A DNA stretch of 45,610 nucleotides from Deltaproteobacteria bacterium (lineage in GTDB: Bacteria > Myxococcota > UBA727 > JABDBI01). Both the position numbers and the translations under genes were made by a program. The notes under the pieces were generated by a model. The model saw only the letters and a list, made by a program, of their open reading frames with translations. It did no database searches and was not told the DNA's origin. Below are positions 24,273 to 33,622 of this stretch, piece by piece; position 1 is the stretch's first letter; each line of letters starts with the position of its first letter. The stretch lies in the NCBI GenBank assembly GCA_016764955.1, contig JAESQZ010000056.1, positions 1 through 45,610 on the forward strand. Reading direction: 5' to 3'.

Positions 24273-27200
24273 ACTCTATTAATCAAATGTTCAGTTTGTC
24301 TAAACCCTCCAGGAGCTCCATCGCCTCCTTTTGAGATAGAAATGAAATTGTTATCTACAACCATTTTGATAGTGTTTGCCTTCCCATCAGTTGTATCATC
24401 TACAGCTTCTGAATCTTCATAATATACTGAATCACCCCAACCCACATCATTAGAAAATTTCTTTACAATTGGGAATTCATCTTTTTCATGATTTAGTATT
24501 GGAACCAAATTTCTAACTAGATTTTTAGCTTGAGAGTATGATACAACATCAGGAGCTGAGATTAATTCACTAGGAATATTTCTATCAGGTTTGTTATTTT
24601 CATCATCCACGTTAGTAACTACAAGAGGTTTTGTTAATCTAAAGCCATCAATTGAAAGTGTTAGTTCTGATGAACCTGTAAATCTTGATAAATTGAGAGG
24701 GTTTGGATCAGTCAAAAAAGTTCTGAATCGGTCATCTTGATCAAATGATTCAGCAGTTTCAATTCCTCCTCGTCTTACTTTTTCAAAGTCAAATATTTCT
24801 AAAACTTCAGGCTCATTGGCTCGAATAAAAGTAGATATTCCTGGAACTGAATGTTGAATCTTTCTTTTTCCGAGTGAAGCTGTTAATGGAGTTGCAGAAC
24901 CTCTTTTCTTTTGTAGATAATCAATTGTTATTTTATTATCATTCTCATCTACTAGCCAAATTAGCATTTTATAATTTCCAGTAGGTCGAGGAAGTAAACC
25001 TAGAAAAACTTCATCAATTTTTTGGAAAAATGCAAATCCTTGAATGTCCATATAATCCTCAACTCCTGGACCAAACCATTCCTTTTTCCCCAAGTGTGTT
25101 TTGTGTTTGTTTAGAAAATCAATTACAGATAGAGAAATTTTTTCTCCAATAGTTACAGTATTGTAAGGAATAAAATTCTCATTTCTTGGCATCATTGCAG
25201 TCCAATTGAGTCCTGCAATTTTTTTAGAATCTGCTGTATCAGGTTCAAATTGGATAAACACTGCTGAATTAGAATCTACATCATCTTCTGAAATTTTTGA
25301 ATTTCCAACTGCAACTCGTCCAGCACCTACATCAAATTTCACAGGATGAACACAGTCAAATTGTCCGTTAGCTTGGAATACTGCTGCTGCACCTATGATA
25401 GTATAAGCACCTAATGACCAAACTCCAGATCTAGCTCCAGTACAAGTTCCATCAAGATTCAATCCAGTAAGACAATGATTGTATGTCCAAGAATCACCTT
25501 TTTCATAATCATACACCTCATCATCATTTGTTGCTGCTCCCCAATGCTCCAGGACAAACCACACTCCAGTAGTTCCCAATCCTTGAGGATCTCTAAACAC
25601 TGCAATTGTATTATCAAAGATTAATCCATTATCATCAATTGCAGCAAAGTCATTTAGTCCCACTCCATTAACTAGAATTCTTAATCCGTCAATTGGATAT
25701 CTTGTTCCTCCAATCAATTTTTTCAGGTGTACTGGAATGGATGCAGAGTCAAGATACACTCCATCTACATCAGTTCTAGGATGGTTTTTGTCTTTGATAA
25801 TACTATTATGATCAATGTAGGCAGTCTTTCCATTGTTTGTATTTGCATCAACATAGCCTCCAAGTGCATTAATCCAATACTGAGCGTTGCCTTTAGTTTG
25901 TGGAGAGTAGTCTGTAGTTGGAACAAAATTAATTCTAACCCAAAATGAATCATTGGCAGGCTTGTTTCCTGAAGATGAAGTGTGAGATTGTAATGCTTCA
26001 TAGGCAATGTCTCCAACTTTGATAATATCATAAATTGTGTATGATGTAGCAGTTACCCAATCAACAGCTTTTGTAAAAAATCTTTGAATCCATAGTGTAG
26101 TAGCTACTGATGGGTTTTGTCCTGCAGTGGAGGAATGATCAGATTTTGCCTCATAAGTTAAATTGTTATGTTTTAGTAAAATTCCTTTCAGATAGGATTT
26201 GTCTTGTTCCCAAAGTTTAGTTAATCTAAATGCATCTTTAGCTCCTTGAAATTTAGCATACGCATTTCCAAGAAAATCTCCAGAATTTTTATCACAAATT
26301 ACTATAATGTTTGTAGCCTCTTCAGGTTCTTCGTTTGAATCAAGTTCCAAAGTGTTTGATGTGTAATCATTTAATGCTGATTTTTTTAGTGTTACATTTG
26401 GAGTGCTAGTAAATGCTTCAGTAGGACTAGCTGTCAATGTAATTTCTGGAGGAGTAGTATATCCAGTTCCAGGAGTATCTACTGTAATTGATGTTACTTT
26501 TCCTCCAGTCAATACAGCAGTAGCAGCAGCTCCAGTTCCCCTTCCTAGAATAGTTACTGCAGGAGCAGAGGAATATCCTTCTCCCCCATTTACTACTTTG
26601 ATTGATGCTAATGCACCTGATGAAACCTTGGAAATTGCTCTAGATGTGTGGAGATTATCTTGAAATCCCTGCTCTGCAATTTGTATCACACAGTTATCCA
26701 AATCAAGGCCTGTAGCGTGATTATACAGAGACTGGAATCTCCAATAATGAAATTCTCTACTTCCTCCTAGTTCTGGAACGTTTCCCTCAATGTCTACTAT
26801 ACTATCCATAAAATCCTCAAATGGAATAGCTTCTGCTATGTAATTGTTTGAGAGTCTATCATTTAGTCTACTGCCATGTTTTTTTAATTTGTTAAATGTT
26901 GCAGGAAAAACAATTTCAGGATCTTTTGTTCCTTTATTTTCAGGACTGTTAATTTGATTCACTGCATTAATTGCAGCTTCTTCTCCTGAGATTCTTCTGT
27001 TAGGAGTTGATATTGATACAATTGCTTTGAGTCGATTTGATGTTTGATGAGGACACCACAAAGTTAATTGTAATCCATTTTTCCTATCTTTCTTTTTTAT
27101 TCTTACATGAACTACAGTTTTGAATTGTCGTCCAGATTTGCTAGTAGTTTCAATATAGATACGGTCCCATTTTTTTATTTTTGCATGTTTTGTAATGTAT

Positions 27201-27301
27201 TTTCCTCTAGGAGCATTTAGAATAATTTTAATTGCAATTGGAGATGTGTCATTAATTTCTACAACTTTACAATCATCACTAATATCAAAATCTCCATTCA
27301 C
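24260..27301 (-). CDS. large tail-tip/baseplate adhesin with CBM5/12-like repeats
   Basis: 1013 aa, GTG start preceded by GGAG. Residues 239-290 hold GGEGYSSAPAVTILGRGTGAAATA and GTGYTTPPEITLT. Residues 364-454 hold two W..Y..GD..Y.A...H...G..P....W units typical of CBM5/12 carbohydrate-binding modules. Confidence 0.6.
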   Translation of the reverse strand: MNGDFDISDDCKVVEINDTSPIAIKIILNAPRGKYITKHAKIKKWDRIYIETTSKSGRQFKTVVHVRIKKKDRKNGLQLTLWCPHQTSNRLKAIVSISTPNRRISGEEAAINAVNQINSPENKGTKDPEIVFPATFNKLKKHGSRLNDRLSNNYIAEAIPFEDFMDSIVDIEGNVPELGGSREFHYWRFQSLYNHATGLDLDNCVIQIAEQGFQDNLHTSRAISKVSSGALASIKVVNGGEGYSSAPAVTILGRGTGAAATAVLTGGKVTSITVDTPGTGYTTPPEITLTASPTEAFTSTPNVTLKKSALNDYTSNTLELDSNEEPEEATNIIVICDKNSGDFLGNAYAKFQGAKDAFRLTKLWEQDKSYLKGILLKHNNLTYEAKSDHSSTAGQNPSVATTLWIQRFFTKAVDWVTATSYTIYDIIKVGDIAYEALQSHTSSSGNKPANDSFWVRINFVPTTDYSPQTKGNAQYWINALGGYVDANTNNGKTAYIDHNSIIKDKNHPRTDVDGVYLDSASIPVHLKKLIGGTRYPIDGLRILVNGVGLNDFAAIDDNGLIFDNTIAVFRDPQGLGTTGVWFVLEHWGAATNDDEVYDYEKGDSWTYNHCLTGLNLDGTCTGARSGVWSLGAYTIIGAAAVFQANGQFDCVHPVKFDVGAGRVAVGNSKISEDDVDSNSAVFIQFEPDTADSKKIAGLNWTAMMPRNENFIPYNTVTIGEKISLSVIDFLNKHKTHLGKKEWFGPGVEDYMDIQGFAFFQKIDEVFLGLLPRPTGNYKMLIWLVDENDNKITIDYLQKKRGSATPLTASLGKRKIQHSVPGISTFIRANEPEVLEIFDFEKVRRGGIETAESFDQDDRFRTFLTDPNPLNLSRFTGSSELTLSIDGFRLTKPLVVTNVDDENNKPDRNIPSELISAPDVVSYSQAKNLVRNLVPILNHEKDEFPIVKKFSNDVGWGDSVYYEDSEAVDDTTDGKANTIKMVVDNNFISISKGGDGAPGGFRQTEHLINRVWSS

Positions 27302-27369
27302 ATCAGCTCCTACATCTTCAGAGTGATCTTTTAAGATAACAAGACATGTATCCCCTACATTATTTGTTA

Positions 27370-27378
27370 GAACTAATT
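27370..27378 (-). promoter_or_regulatory. GAATAGTTC-like box, off-pattern spacing
   Basis: Minus strand reads AATTAGTTCtaa, 68 nt from the GTG start at 27301. This is the weakest copy. Confidence 0.25.
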
Positions 27379-27897
27379 TGAATCACCACGATCTACTTTT
27401 AGTTTCAAAACAAATTTTGCAATGTTTAGAATTAAATTAAAATCCCAATCCAAGCTAACCCATAACAAACCAATCTGAGTATTCCCCGAAGAGACTGGAG
27501 TCAATTTATATTTTTTAACAGTGTTTAATTCAAATCCAAATCTGCCATGAATTATTTGTCCATCTATTACATCTAGATTGTCTTCCCAAGATTCCATTAA
27601 ATCAATAGTCGCATTAGATTGAGTTCCATCTCCTGAAGCATCAAGTGTGCCATCCATGAAGGGAACCACGCCCTCAATTGTGTAGAATTCCCCTAGTTCT
27701 CCTTGAGGTTGTTGATCTCTAGTTCCTTGACCTAATGCCTGATTTCCTGAAATTGCTTTAGGCCTAGTATGATTAACTCTAGTAATGTAGGCATTACCTA
27801 CAGCATCCACAATAGCATCATTGAAGAGTATTCTCTCAGTAGTTCCAGAACCAATGACATCATCCTGATTGAATAATTTGTATATAGTATCAGTCAT
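27373..27897 (-). CDS. virion structural protein (tail/baseplate candidate)
   Basis: 174 aa and beta-rich, sitting between the tape-measure-like protein and the large adhesin. Confidence 0.55.
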   Translation of the reverse strand: MTDTIYKLFNQDDVIGSGTTERILFNDAIVDAVGNAYITRVNHTRPKAISGNQALGQGTRDQQPQGELGEFYTIEGVVPFMDGTLDASGDGTQSNATIDLMESWEDNLDVIDGQIIHGRFGFELNTVKKYKLTPVSSGNTQIGLLWVSLDWDFNLILNIAKFVLKLKVDRGDSN

Positions 27898-28502
27898 TAG
27901 TTTACATTTTTCCTTATCTTGAAATCATTTTCTAGAAGTTTTCGGTCACTTTCAAACACTTCAAAAGAGTTGTATTGGTTTCTAACGTTAAGATCTCCAT
28001 CAATTGTAGAAATAATTAATTGATCAAAGCCTTGCAAAATTCTTTGAAGTTTATCTTTATCTCGTAATGCATCAGTTCTGTTATCGATTCTATCATCAAA
28101 GAATCGGTCAAGCAAATTTCCTTCTTGTTGTAAAAATTCAATTACTTTGGCTGCGACTACAGGAGCTCCTATAATTGCTGCAGGAAGAGCTCCAGTTTTT
28201 AATAATTCTTGTAAGATTGCACCTGATGGATTAGTTGCATAGTTGAGTAAATTTTGACCTTTTCTAAATCCTAAATCATTTTTTAATACTTCATCTATCT
28301 TTGATTGTTTTTCTGATTTTTTCTTTTTTCCTTTTTTGGTTCCAGTTGTTGTTCCTGTTTGAGTAGAACTAGATTCTTCTATAACATCTGATTTGTCAAT
28401 AATTTCTTTAACTTCTTCTTTTACTTTCTCTACAATTTTTTCAATCTCTTTGACATTTTCTACTCCAGTAGTAGAAACATCAAGAGGGATTCTAACAGTC
28501 AT
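27897..28502 (-). CDS. short tape-measure-like protein candidate
   Basis: 201 aa. N-terminal coiled coil, a T/K-rich linker (TGTKKGKKKKSEK) and a hydrophobic segment GALPAAIIGAPVVAAKVI. Assigned by position and composition only. Confidence 0.45.
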   Translation of the reverse strand: MTVRIPLDVSTTGVENVKEIEKIVEKVKEEVKEIIDKSDVIEESSSTQTGTTTGTKKGKKKKSEKQSKIDEVLKNDLGFRKGQNLLNYATNPSGAILQELLKTGALPAAIIGAPVVAAKVIEFLQQEGNLLDRFFDDRIDNRTDALRDKDKLQRILQGFDQLIISTIDGDLNVRNQYNSFEVFESDRKLLENDFKIRKNVN

Positions 28503-29026
28503 TGAATAGAGTTCTCCTGGAGGAATCGGTTAATTTTACTAGTTAGTACATCAAGAAATCTTTCTAATCCAAATTTGAAACCATTTGACATTATTTTCAT
28601 GGCTCTAATTCCCTTAACCCAATGGCCTTTTGAGAATCCAGTTACAGTAATTGCTCCAGATTGAATAGGGAAAGCTAGAACTCCATCAGGATCTAGAGGT
28701 TCAATAAAGTGAGTAACTGTTCCATCTTCAAAATAATCAGCTAGAGGAACTACACTGCCTAAAGCATCCTTTGAGGGTTTGGAATAATCATTAATCACAT
28801 CACCTTTGAGAAATCCATTTTTCTCAAATGATATGGCATCAAGATAACCTTGTTTCATTCCTGCTGCACGAGCTACAGTTTTACATGATTCTAGAATTGT
28901 CTCCTGTACTGTTTCAATCATTATAGAATCAGCGAATTCCTCAACTCTAATTTTAGCAGAACCTAAACGCATCTCTGCAAATTCTAGCTGTAATTCTAAC
29001 TTGCCTAGTAAAATTTCAAGTTGCAT
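28499..29026 (-). CDS. structural module protein
   Basis: The track start at 29059 overlaps the upstream gene by 32 nt. An in-frame ATG at 29026 lies just after the upstream TGA. 175 aa. Confidence 0.55.
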   Translation of the reverse strand: MQLEILLGKLELQLEFAEMRLGSAKIRVEEFADSIMIETVQETILESCKTVARAAGMKQGYLDAISFEKNGFLKGDVINDYSKPSKDALGSVVPLADYFEDGTVTHFIEPLDPDGVLAFPIQSGAITVTGFSKGHWVKGIRAMKIMSNGFKFGLERFLDVLTSKINRFLQENSIQ

Positions 29027-29027
29027 A

Positions 29028-29462
29028 TCATGTAACTGTAACGTCTCTCTGAGTTGCACGAATTCTGCATGTAATTATTTGAGCTCCTGGAACTACATTT
29101 TGTTTGTCAATAATTGGAATCTTTCCAGTAAAGGTCATTGTAGCTCCAGTTGATACTCCTGCTTCATCTGTTCCCTTGATTACCCAAGTTTTGTTTGAGA
29201 GTGCAGCTTGAAATCCGTGCAGTACAGCTAGTTCCAATCTTGTTACTGCCATTTTAAAATCTACAAAATTATTATGATTCTTTGAATACACATAGACTGA
29301 TCCTGATTTTGTTTGAATTACAGACTCTACTCTTTCCCAATGTTCAGTTATATCTTGAGCTGCTGCAAAGAATTTAGTATCTGCTCCGTCAATATATCCA
29401 AGTTTTACCTCTTCAGAATTAAAAATATCATTAACAATGTTTCCTAGTTCTACATCAGCCAT
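29028..29462 (-). CDS. major tail (tube) protein candidate
   Basis: 144 aa and beta-rich. Its size and position after the connector-type genes are consistent with a siphovirus tube protein. I read no diagnostic motif. Confidence 0.4.
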   Translation of the reverse strand: MADVELGNIVNDIFNSEEVKLGYIDGADTKFFAAAQDITEHWERVESVIQTKSGSVYVYSKNHNNFVDFKMAVTRLELAVLHGFQAALSNKTWVIKGTDEAGVSTGATMTFTGKIPIIDKQNVVPGAQIITCRIRATQRDVTVT

Positions 29463-29491
29463 GTTGGATAATTATGATTTCAATAATTAGA

Positions 29492-29500
29492 GAAGTATTC
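29492..29500 (-). promoter_or_regulatory. GAATAGTTC-like box
   Basis: Minus strand reads tGAATACTTCtctaattatt, 29 nt from the ATG at 29462. Confidence 0.55.
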
Positions 29501-30002
29501 AAGCTGACATTATTTCTGCCTGTAATACTACAGTAAATGCAGATACTACATCCATTGCATTTCTAACAATTTTTGCAGTGATTGTTGTCCTGGACCTTTT
29601 GAATAGTCTGTTATTTCCTGCACTATCTTTCATTTTTGGATTATTCTTGAAGAATTCTTTGAGTAATTTTCTTAGAATGAGATCCTTTTTCAGAGCATCT
29701 TCAGGAGTTGTTCCATTTACCACACATGTAATGAAGAATTGTAGGGTAATTTTGGATTTTGGAGATTCTTCTCCTAGTTTGGACACGTAAAGAGGCTCAT
29801 CAGAGATCTCAAATGGCTCTCCTGGAGTTACTGTAATGTATGGTCTAGCTATTGCTATCCAGTTTTGTTGTGGAGGATCTCCAAATAGTATGGTTGGAAT
29901 TTTATCATCTTCTCCTTTTTTGTTATAAATTGAAGTGTTTAGTTTTAGATTTGAAATAATTCTGTTAATTATTACAGCACTATCATAAGTTGTTACTGCC
30001 AT
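29499..30002 (-). CDS. head-tail joining / tail completion candidate
   Basis: 167 aa; positional call only. Confidence 0.4.
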   Translation of the reverse strand: MAVTTYDSAVIINRIISNLKLNTSIYNKKGEDDKIPTILFGDPPQQNWIAIARPYITVTPGEPFEISDEPLYVSKLGEESPKSKITLQFFITCVVNGTTPEDALKKDLILRKLLKEFFKNNPKMKDSAGNNRLFKRSRTTITAKIVRNAMDVVSAFTVVLQAEIMSA

Positions 30003-30563
30003 TTATTGCACCCAGAATATTGATCTATCCCTTGTTGTAAATCCATCACCATTAGTTAGTACAACTCTAGCTCCATATTCCCAAGGACCATGTACATCTA
30101 AGATAGATGATTCAGGATCAGTATTTTGATAAACTATTTTTTTCTCTCCTTGAGTAGTTACTGTTCCAGAATTTTCAGCAGATACAGAACCTACAGAACC
30201 TAATTGATACGTAAATGTTGTAGCAGTTACTATGGTAATTGGTTTGTTTGTTACATTAAAATTTGAAGTTCCAGTGATTGACATGAGTTCTCCAGTTTTT
30301 AATAATGCAGTGTTTGGAACAGTTACTGTAATTTTATCCTCAATTCCATCTCCAACTATATTTGATAGTGAGATAGCTTGTGAAGGATTAACAGAGTCAA
30401 CTTCCAAATTTGCTTGTTTTTCAAATGTTGTTCCATCAGGTTTTAGAAATGTAATGAACTGATCAGAAATCAGACTCAAATTAAAATCTGCTTTTGATGT
30501 TGATATTTTCAGCTTTACAGGAAATGTAGCGTTGAGATGATTTAGGGAATAATATTTTACCAC
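30003..30563 (-). CDS. beta-rich virion protein
   Basis: 186 aa, GTG start, S/T/N/V-rich, Ig-like composition. Confidence 0.55.
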   Translation of the reverse strand: MVKYYSLNHLNATFPVKLKISTSKADFNLSLISDQFITFLKPDGTTFEKQANLEVDSVNPSQAISLSNIVGDGIEDKITVTVPNTALLKTGELMSITGTSNFNVTNKPITIVTATTFTYQLGSVGSVSAENSGTVTTQGEKKIVYQNTDPESSILDVHGPWEYGARVVLTNGDGFTTRDRSIFWVQ

Positions 30564-30592
30564 ATATTTAAAAAATCAATTTACTTTTTTTA

Positions 30593-30601
30593 GAACTATT
30601 C
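30593..30601 (-). promoter_or_regulatory. GAATAGTTC box
   Basis: Minus strand reads tGAATAGTTCtaaaaaaag, 29 nt from the GTG start at 30563. Confidence 0.5.
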
Positions 30602-30611
30602 ATACAGAAAG

Positions 30612-32816
30612 TTATTCATCAGAATCAAAAGTTATAGAGAAATCAGATTCAGAGTCTAATGAAATCTCCAGATTTGCAGTGTCATCTATTGTAGTAGATA
30701 ATTCAACTTCCTCCACTGTGATTCTAGTAGGTAAAATTCTGAGAAGTGCTGCAACCTCTACTAGATGGTTGATTTCTGATTTTAGTTTGATTCGTAATCG
30801 TGTGATTAATGAGGATTCAGATAGATGAGTGATTTCACTAACTACTTTAACGAATCCTGTAAGTTGGTTTGATGATTCTATAAAGTCTAAAATCTCTGAT
30901 TTTAGTCGTGTTAATCCCAATGATGGAATGATTGACTCTGAGATGTGGTTGATTTCTGATTTGATTTTAGCTATTCCAATTGGATTATTTGTAGATTCCA
31001 CGAAATCAAGGAGTTCATTAGATAATTTACTAAATGCACGTAATGGATTAGCAGATTCTGTCAAATCAAGGAGTTCTGATGATATTCGTCTTAACCCCAC
31101 TGATGGAATAATTGACTCTGAGATGTGGTTGATTTCTGATTTGATTCTCAGTAAACTTCTAGATACAACATTAGATTCTATTAGATGGTTAATTTCTGAT
31201 TTGATTCTAGTTAGAGTTCTAGTAATTATAGAATCTTCTGAGAAATCCAAGAATTCGTCATTCACTTTAACAAATCCTCTAAGTGGATTTGATGATTCAA
31301 TAAAATCTAAAATTTCTGATTTTAGTTTACTGAAGGATTTTACATGAATGGTATTTTCAGCTAGATGGTTGATTTCTGATTTTAATCTACTGAAAGACTT
31401 TACATGAATGGTTGATTCCACTAGGTGATTAATTTCAGCTTTTAATCTGATTAGAGTTCTAGTAGTGATTGTAGATTCAGCTAGATCAAGTAATTCATTT
31501 TTAATTCTACTAAATGATTTTAGATAATTTCTAGATTCAACAAAGTGTAACATCTCAGCTTTGATTCTAGATACTCCAATTGTGTTAAGGGATGATTCAG
31601 AAATATGATTAATTTCACTAGATATTGCAACAAATCCTTTTTGAATAACTGCGGATTCTATGAGTTGTAGAGTTTCTACTACTTTGGTTAAAACTCCATT
31701 AGCTTGTTCAGCTAAATCAAGAATTTCTGATTGAACTTTTGCAATTATTATTTTTGCAGATGATGATTCTGATAGGTCCAGTAATTCATTATTATTTTTT
31801 ACTTGTCCTGGAACATTGATTTTGGATTCTGAAATATCATTAATTTCAGATTTGATTCTAGTTAGAGTTCTAGTGATAATGGATAATTCTGTAAAGTGAA
31901 GTACTTCATTTTTAATTCTGCTAAAGGATTTTAGATAATTTGATATTTCAGATAAATCAAGGGATTCAGATTTAATTTTGATAATTAGCGTATCAACTAG
32001 TAGTTTTAGTGAAGACTCTACTACATCAAGGGACTCACTAATATTTTGAATACTTTGTCTTTGGAATAATTTTGATTCTGAAATGTCTAGTAATTCATTT
32101 GATATTGCCAATCTTGCACGATGAGCAATTGCACCCTCTAGAACAACCAAAGACTCCATAACTTGAGTTAGAGTGCCATTTGCTGATTCTGTTAGGTCTA
32201 ACAATTCGGATTTTAGCCTAGTTAAACCTCGAGCTACTACTCCACCCTCTACGAATTCTAGAATTTCATTTTTGAATCTAGTGAGTCCTAATGATGAAAC
32301 AGATGAATCTACTAAATCATTAATTTCTGATTTTATAATATTGATAACTGAAATGGATAGTTTTGATTCAGGAATTTCCACTGATTCAGATTTTAATCGT
32401 GTTAGTGTTCTTGTATGGATAGTTGATTCTACAAATTCTAAAATATTATTTCCAAATCTGCTAAATGATTTTACATAGTTTGATGATTCTACAAATTCTA
32501 AAATTTCGGATTTTAATCGAGTGCGTAATCTAGTGATAATATTTGATTCAGAAATGTCTAGAAATTCTCCTGTAATTATTCTTACTCCAAATCTTGCTAC
32601 TGCACCTTCTATAATTTCAAGGGCTTCTAAAACTGCTGTAACAACTCCGTTAGCTTGTTCTGGAAAATCTAATATTTCATTTGAGACTTTGACAAATCCC
32701 TTTTGAGATATTGCACCCACTACTATTTCTAATGATTCAAAAACTTTTGCAAGAACTCCGTTAACTTGTTCTGAAAAATCTAAGCTTTCGCTAGTTACTT
32801 TTACTATTGCTGCCAA
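30612..32816 (-). CDS. fibrous protein built from about 30 or more copies of a 20-aa repeat
   Basis: 734 aa, TTG start. Repeat unit resembles R-[IL]-K-S-E-I-[NL]-[HD]-[LFI]-x-E-S-x6-[FL]-[ST]. The DNA shows a 60-bp period: 30921-30967 versus 31101-31147 match at 46 of 47 positions, exactly 180 bp apart. Confidence 0.7.
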   Translation of the reverse strand: MAAIVKVTSESLDFSEQVNGVLAKVFESLEIVVGAISQKGFVKVSNEILDFPEQANGVVTAVLEALEIIEGAVARFGVRIITGEFLDISESNIITRLRTRLKSEILEFVESSNYVKSFSRFGNNILEFVESTIHTRTLTRLKSESVEIPESKLSISVINIIKSEINDLVDSSVSSLGLTRFKNEILEFVEGGVVARGLTRLKSELLDLTESANGTLTQVMESLVVLEGAIAHRARLAISNELLDISESKLFQRQSIQNISESLDVVESSLKLLVDTLIIKIKSESLDLSEISNYLKSFSRIKNEVLHFTELSIITRTLTRIKSEINDISESKINVPGQVKNNNELLDLSESSSAKIIIAKVQSEILDLAEQANGVLTKVVETLQLIESAVIQKGFVAISSEINHISESSLNTIGVSRIKAEMLHFVESRNYLKSFSRIKNELLDLAESTITTRTLIRLKAEINHLVESTIHVKSFSRLKSEINHLAENTIHVKSFSKLKSEILDFIESSNPLRGFVKVNDEFLDFSEDSIITRTLTRIKSEINHLIESNVVSRSLLRIKSEINHISESIIPSVGLRRISSELLDLTESANPLRAFSKLSNELLDFVESTNNPIGIAKIKSEINHISESIIPSLGLTRLKSEILDFIESSNQLTGFVKVVSEITHLSESSLITRLRIKLKSEINHLVEVAALLRILPTRITVEEVELSTTIDDTANLEISLDSESDFSITFDSDE

Positions 32817-32855
32817 GATGTATCAGAATTCATTGAAGCGAACTCTGAAAACATG

Positions 32856-33176
32856 TTAAAGTAAATCATTTGTAAAATCAGCATCAGAATCTGCAAAGGT
32901 TTCTCCACGTTTTAGCTTGCCTGTATTATCTAATGCAGGAGATTTGCCAATTACAAATGTTTCAGGAGGATTAACATCTGATTGTTTTTTCATAATCATT
33001 GTATAAAATTTATCAGGAATATTTTGAATCATAGTTTTGTATCTCTCAGCTTGATCATCAGTTACCATAAAATCAAAGCCTGCAGTAGGCACTACATTGT
33101 CTGCAGTCTTTTTCTGAAATAGTTTAATCTCTACTTTGGTCATTAGTCCGATTTGATCTGTAAATGTTATTTTCAT
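32856..33176 (-). CDS. hypothetical structural-module protein
   Basis: 106-aa ORF on the coding strand. Confidence 0.55.
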   Translation of the reverse strand: MKITFTDQIGLMTKVEIKLFQKKTADNVVPTAGFDFMVTDDQAERYKTMIQNIPDKFYTMIMKKQSDVNPPETFVIGKSPALDNTGKLKRGETFADSDADFTNDLL

Positions 33177-33267
33177 TTTTTCGATAACCTCATGAAATAT
33201 TTATCAGATACATTTGAGATGTTAATTTTACGACCTAAAGTATGTCTTCCAATTTCTTTCCATCCGC

Positions 33268-33621
33268 TCATTTTTGTTTCAACTCACACAAATTTCCACA
33301 CTGACACATTCTAAGAACTATTTTCCTTCCCTTGATGATGTTTAATCTAGAGATGAATCCCTCCTTATGGATTCTTTGTGTCCCTGATGAATGACATTTT
33401 TCACATTTCCACACTGATAAATTAATGTAGAGATAGCATTTCAGGCAGTATCTTTGTAGTGGGAAATTAGGATTGTTTTGTAAATGTTGAATTATTCCAA
33501 AGTGAGTTCCATGATTACACCTTGAACAGTATCGAGGATTCATTATGTCAATTACAATGTAAGTCATACCAAGACAAACCAATGATAATAATTCCAGTAT
33601 TGTAAAATTCAGTAAATCCAA
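33268..33621 (-). CDS. membrane-anchored zinc-finger protein
   Basis: 117 aa with N-terminal TM LLSLVCLGMTYIVIDI, then CSRC, CLKC, CEKC and CQC clusters. Confidence 0.55.
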   Translation of the reverse strand: MDLLNFTILELLSLVCLGMTYIVIDIMNPRYCSRCNHGTHFGIIQHLQNNPNFPLQRYCLKCYLYINLSVWKCEKCHSSGTQRIHKEGFISRLNIIKGRKIVLRMCQCGNLCELKQK

Positions 33622-33622
33622 T

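Noticed and set aside
28499-29059. The 32-nt overlap between the tube-like gene and the next ORF as a tail-chaperone-type frameshift.
   Set aside because: The overlap disappears if the in-frame ATG at 29026 is used. There is no slippery heptamer, and the downstream gene has its own ATG.
30829-31347. A 172-aa plus-strand ORF, together with the other plus-strand track ORFs (for example 1957..2142, 7760..7966, 8040..8285, 15633..15923, 23192..23500, 26403..26663, 32173..32478, 38580..38816).
   Set aside because: All lie antisense to longer minus-strand genes with recognisable motifs or repeat structure, and their sequences are low-complexity S/F/L-rich. The long ones inside 30612..32816 come from the 60-bp repeat keeping the antisense frame open. 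I treat them as shadow ORFs.
30612-32816. The regular 60-bp periodicity could look like a CRISPR array or a non-coding satellite.
   Set aside because: The whole region is one uninterrupted 734-codon frame, and the repeats are degenerate at the DNA level but conserved at the protein level. There is no repeat/unique-spacer alternation and no cas genes.
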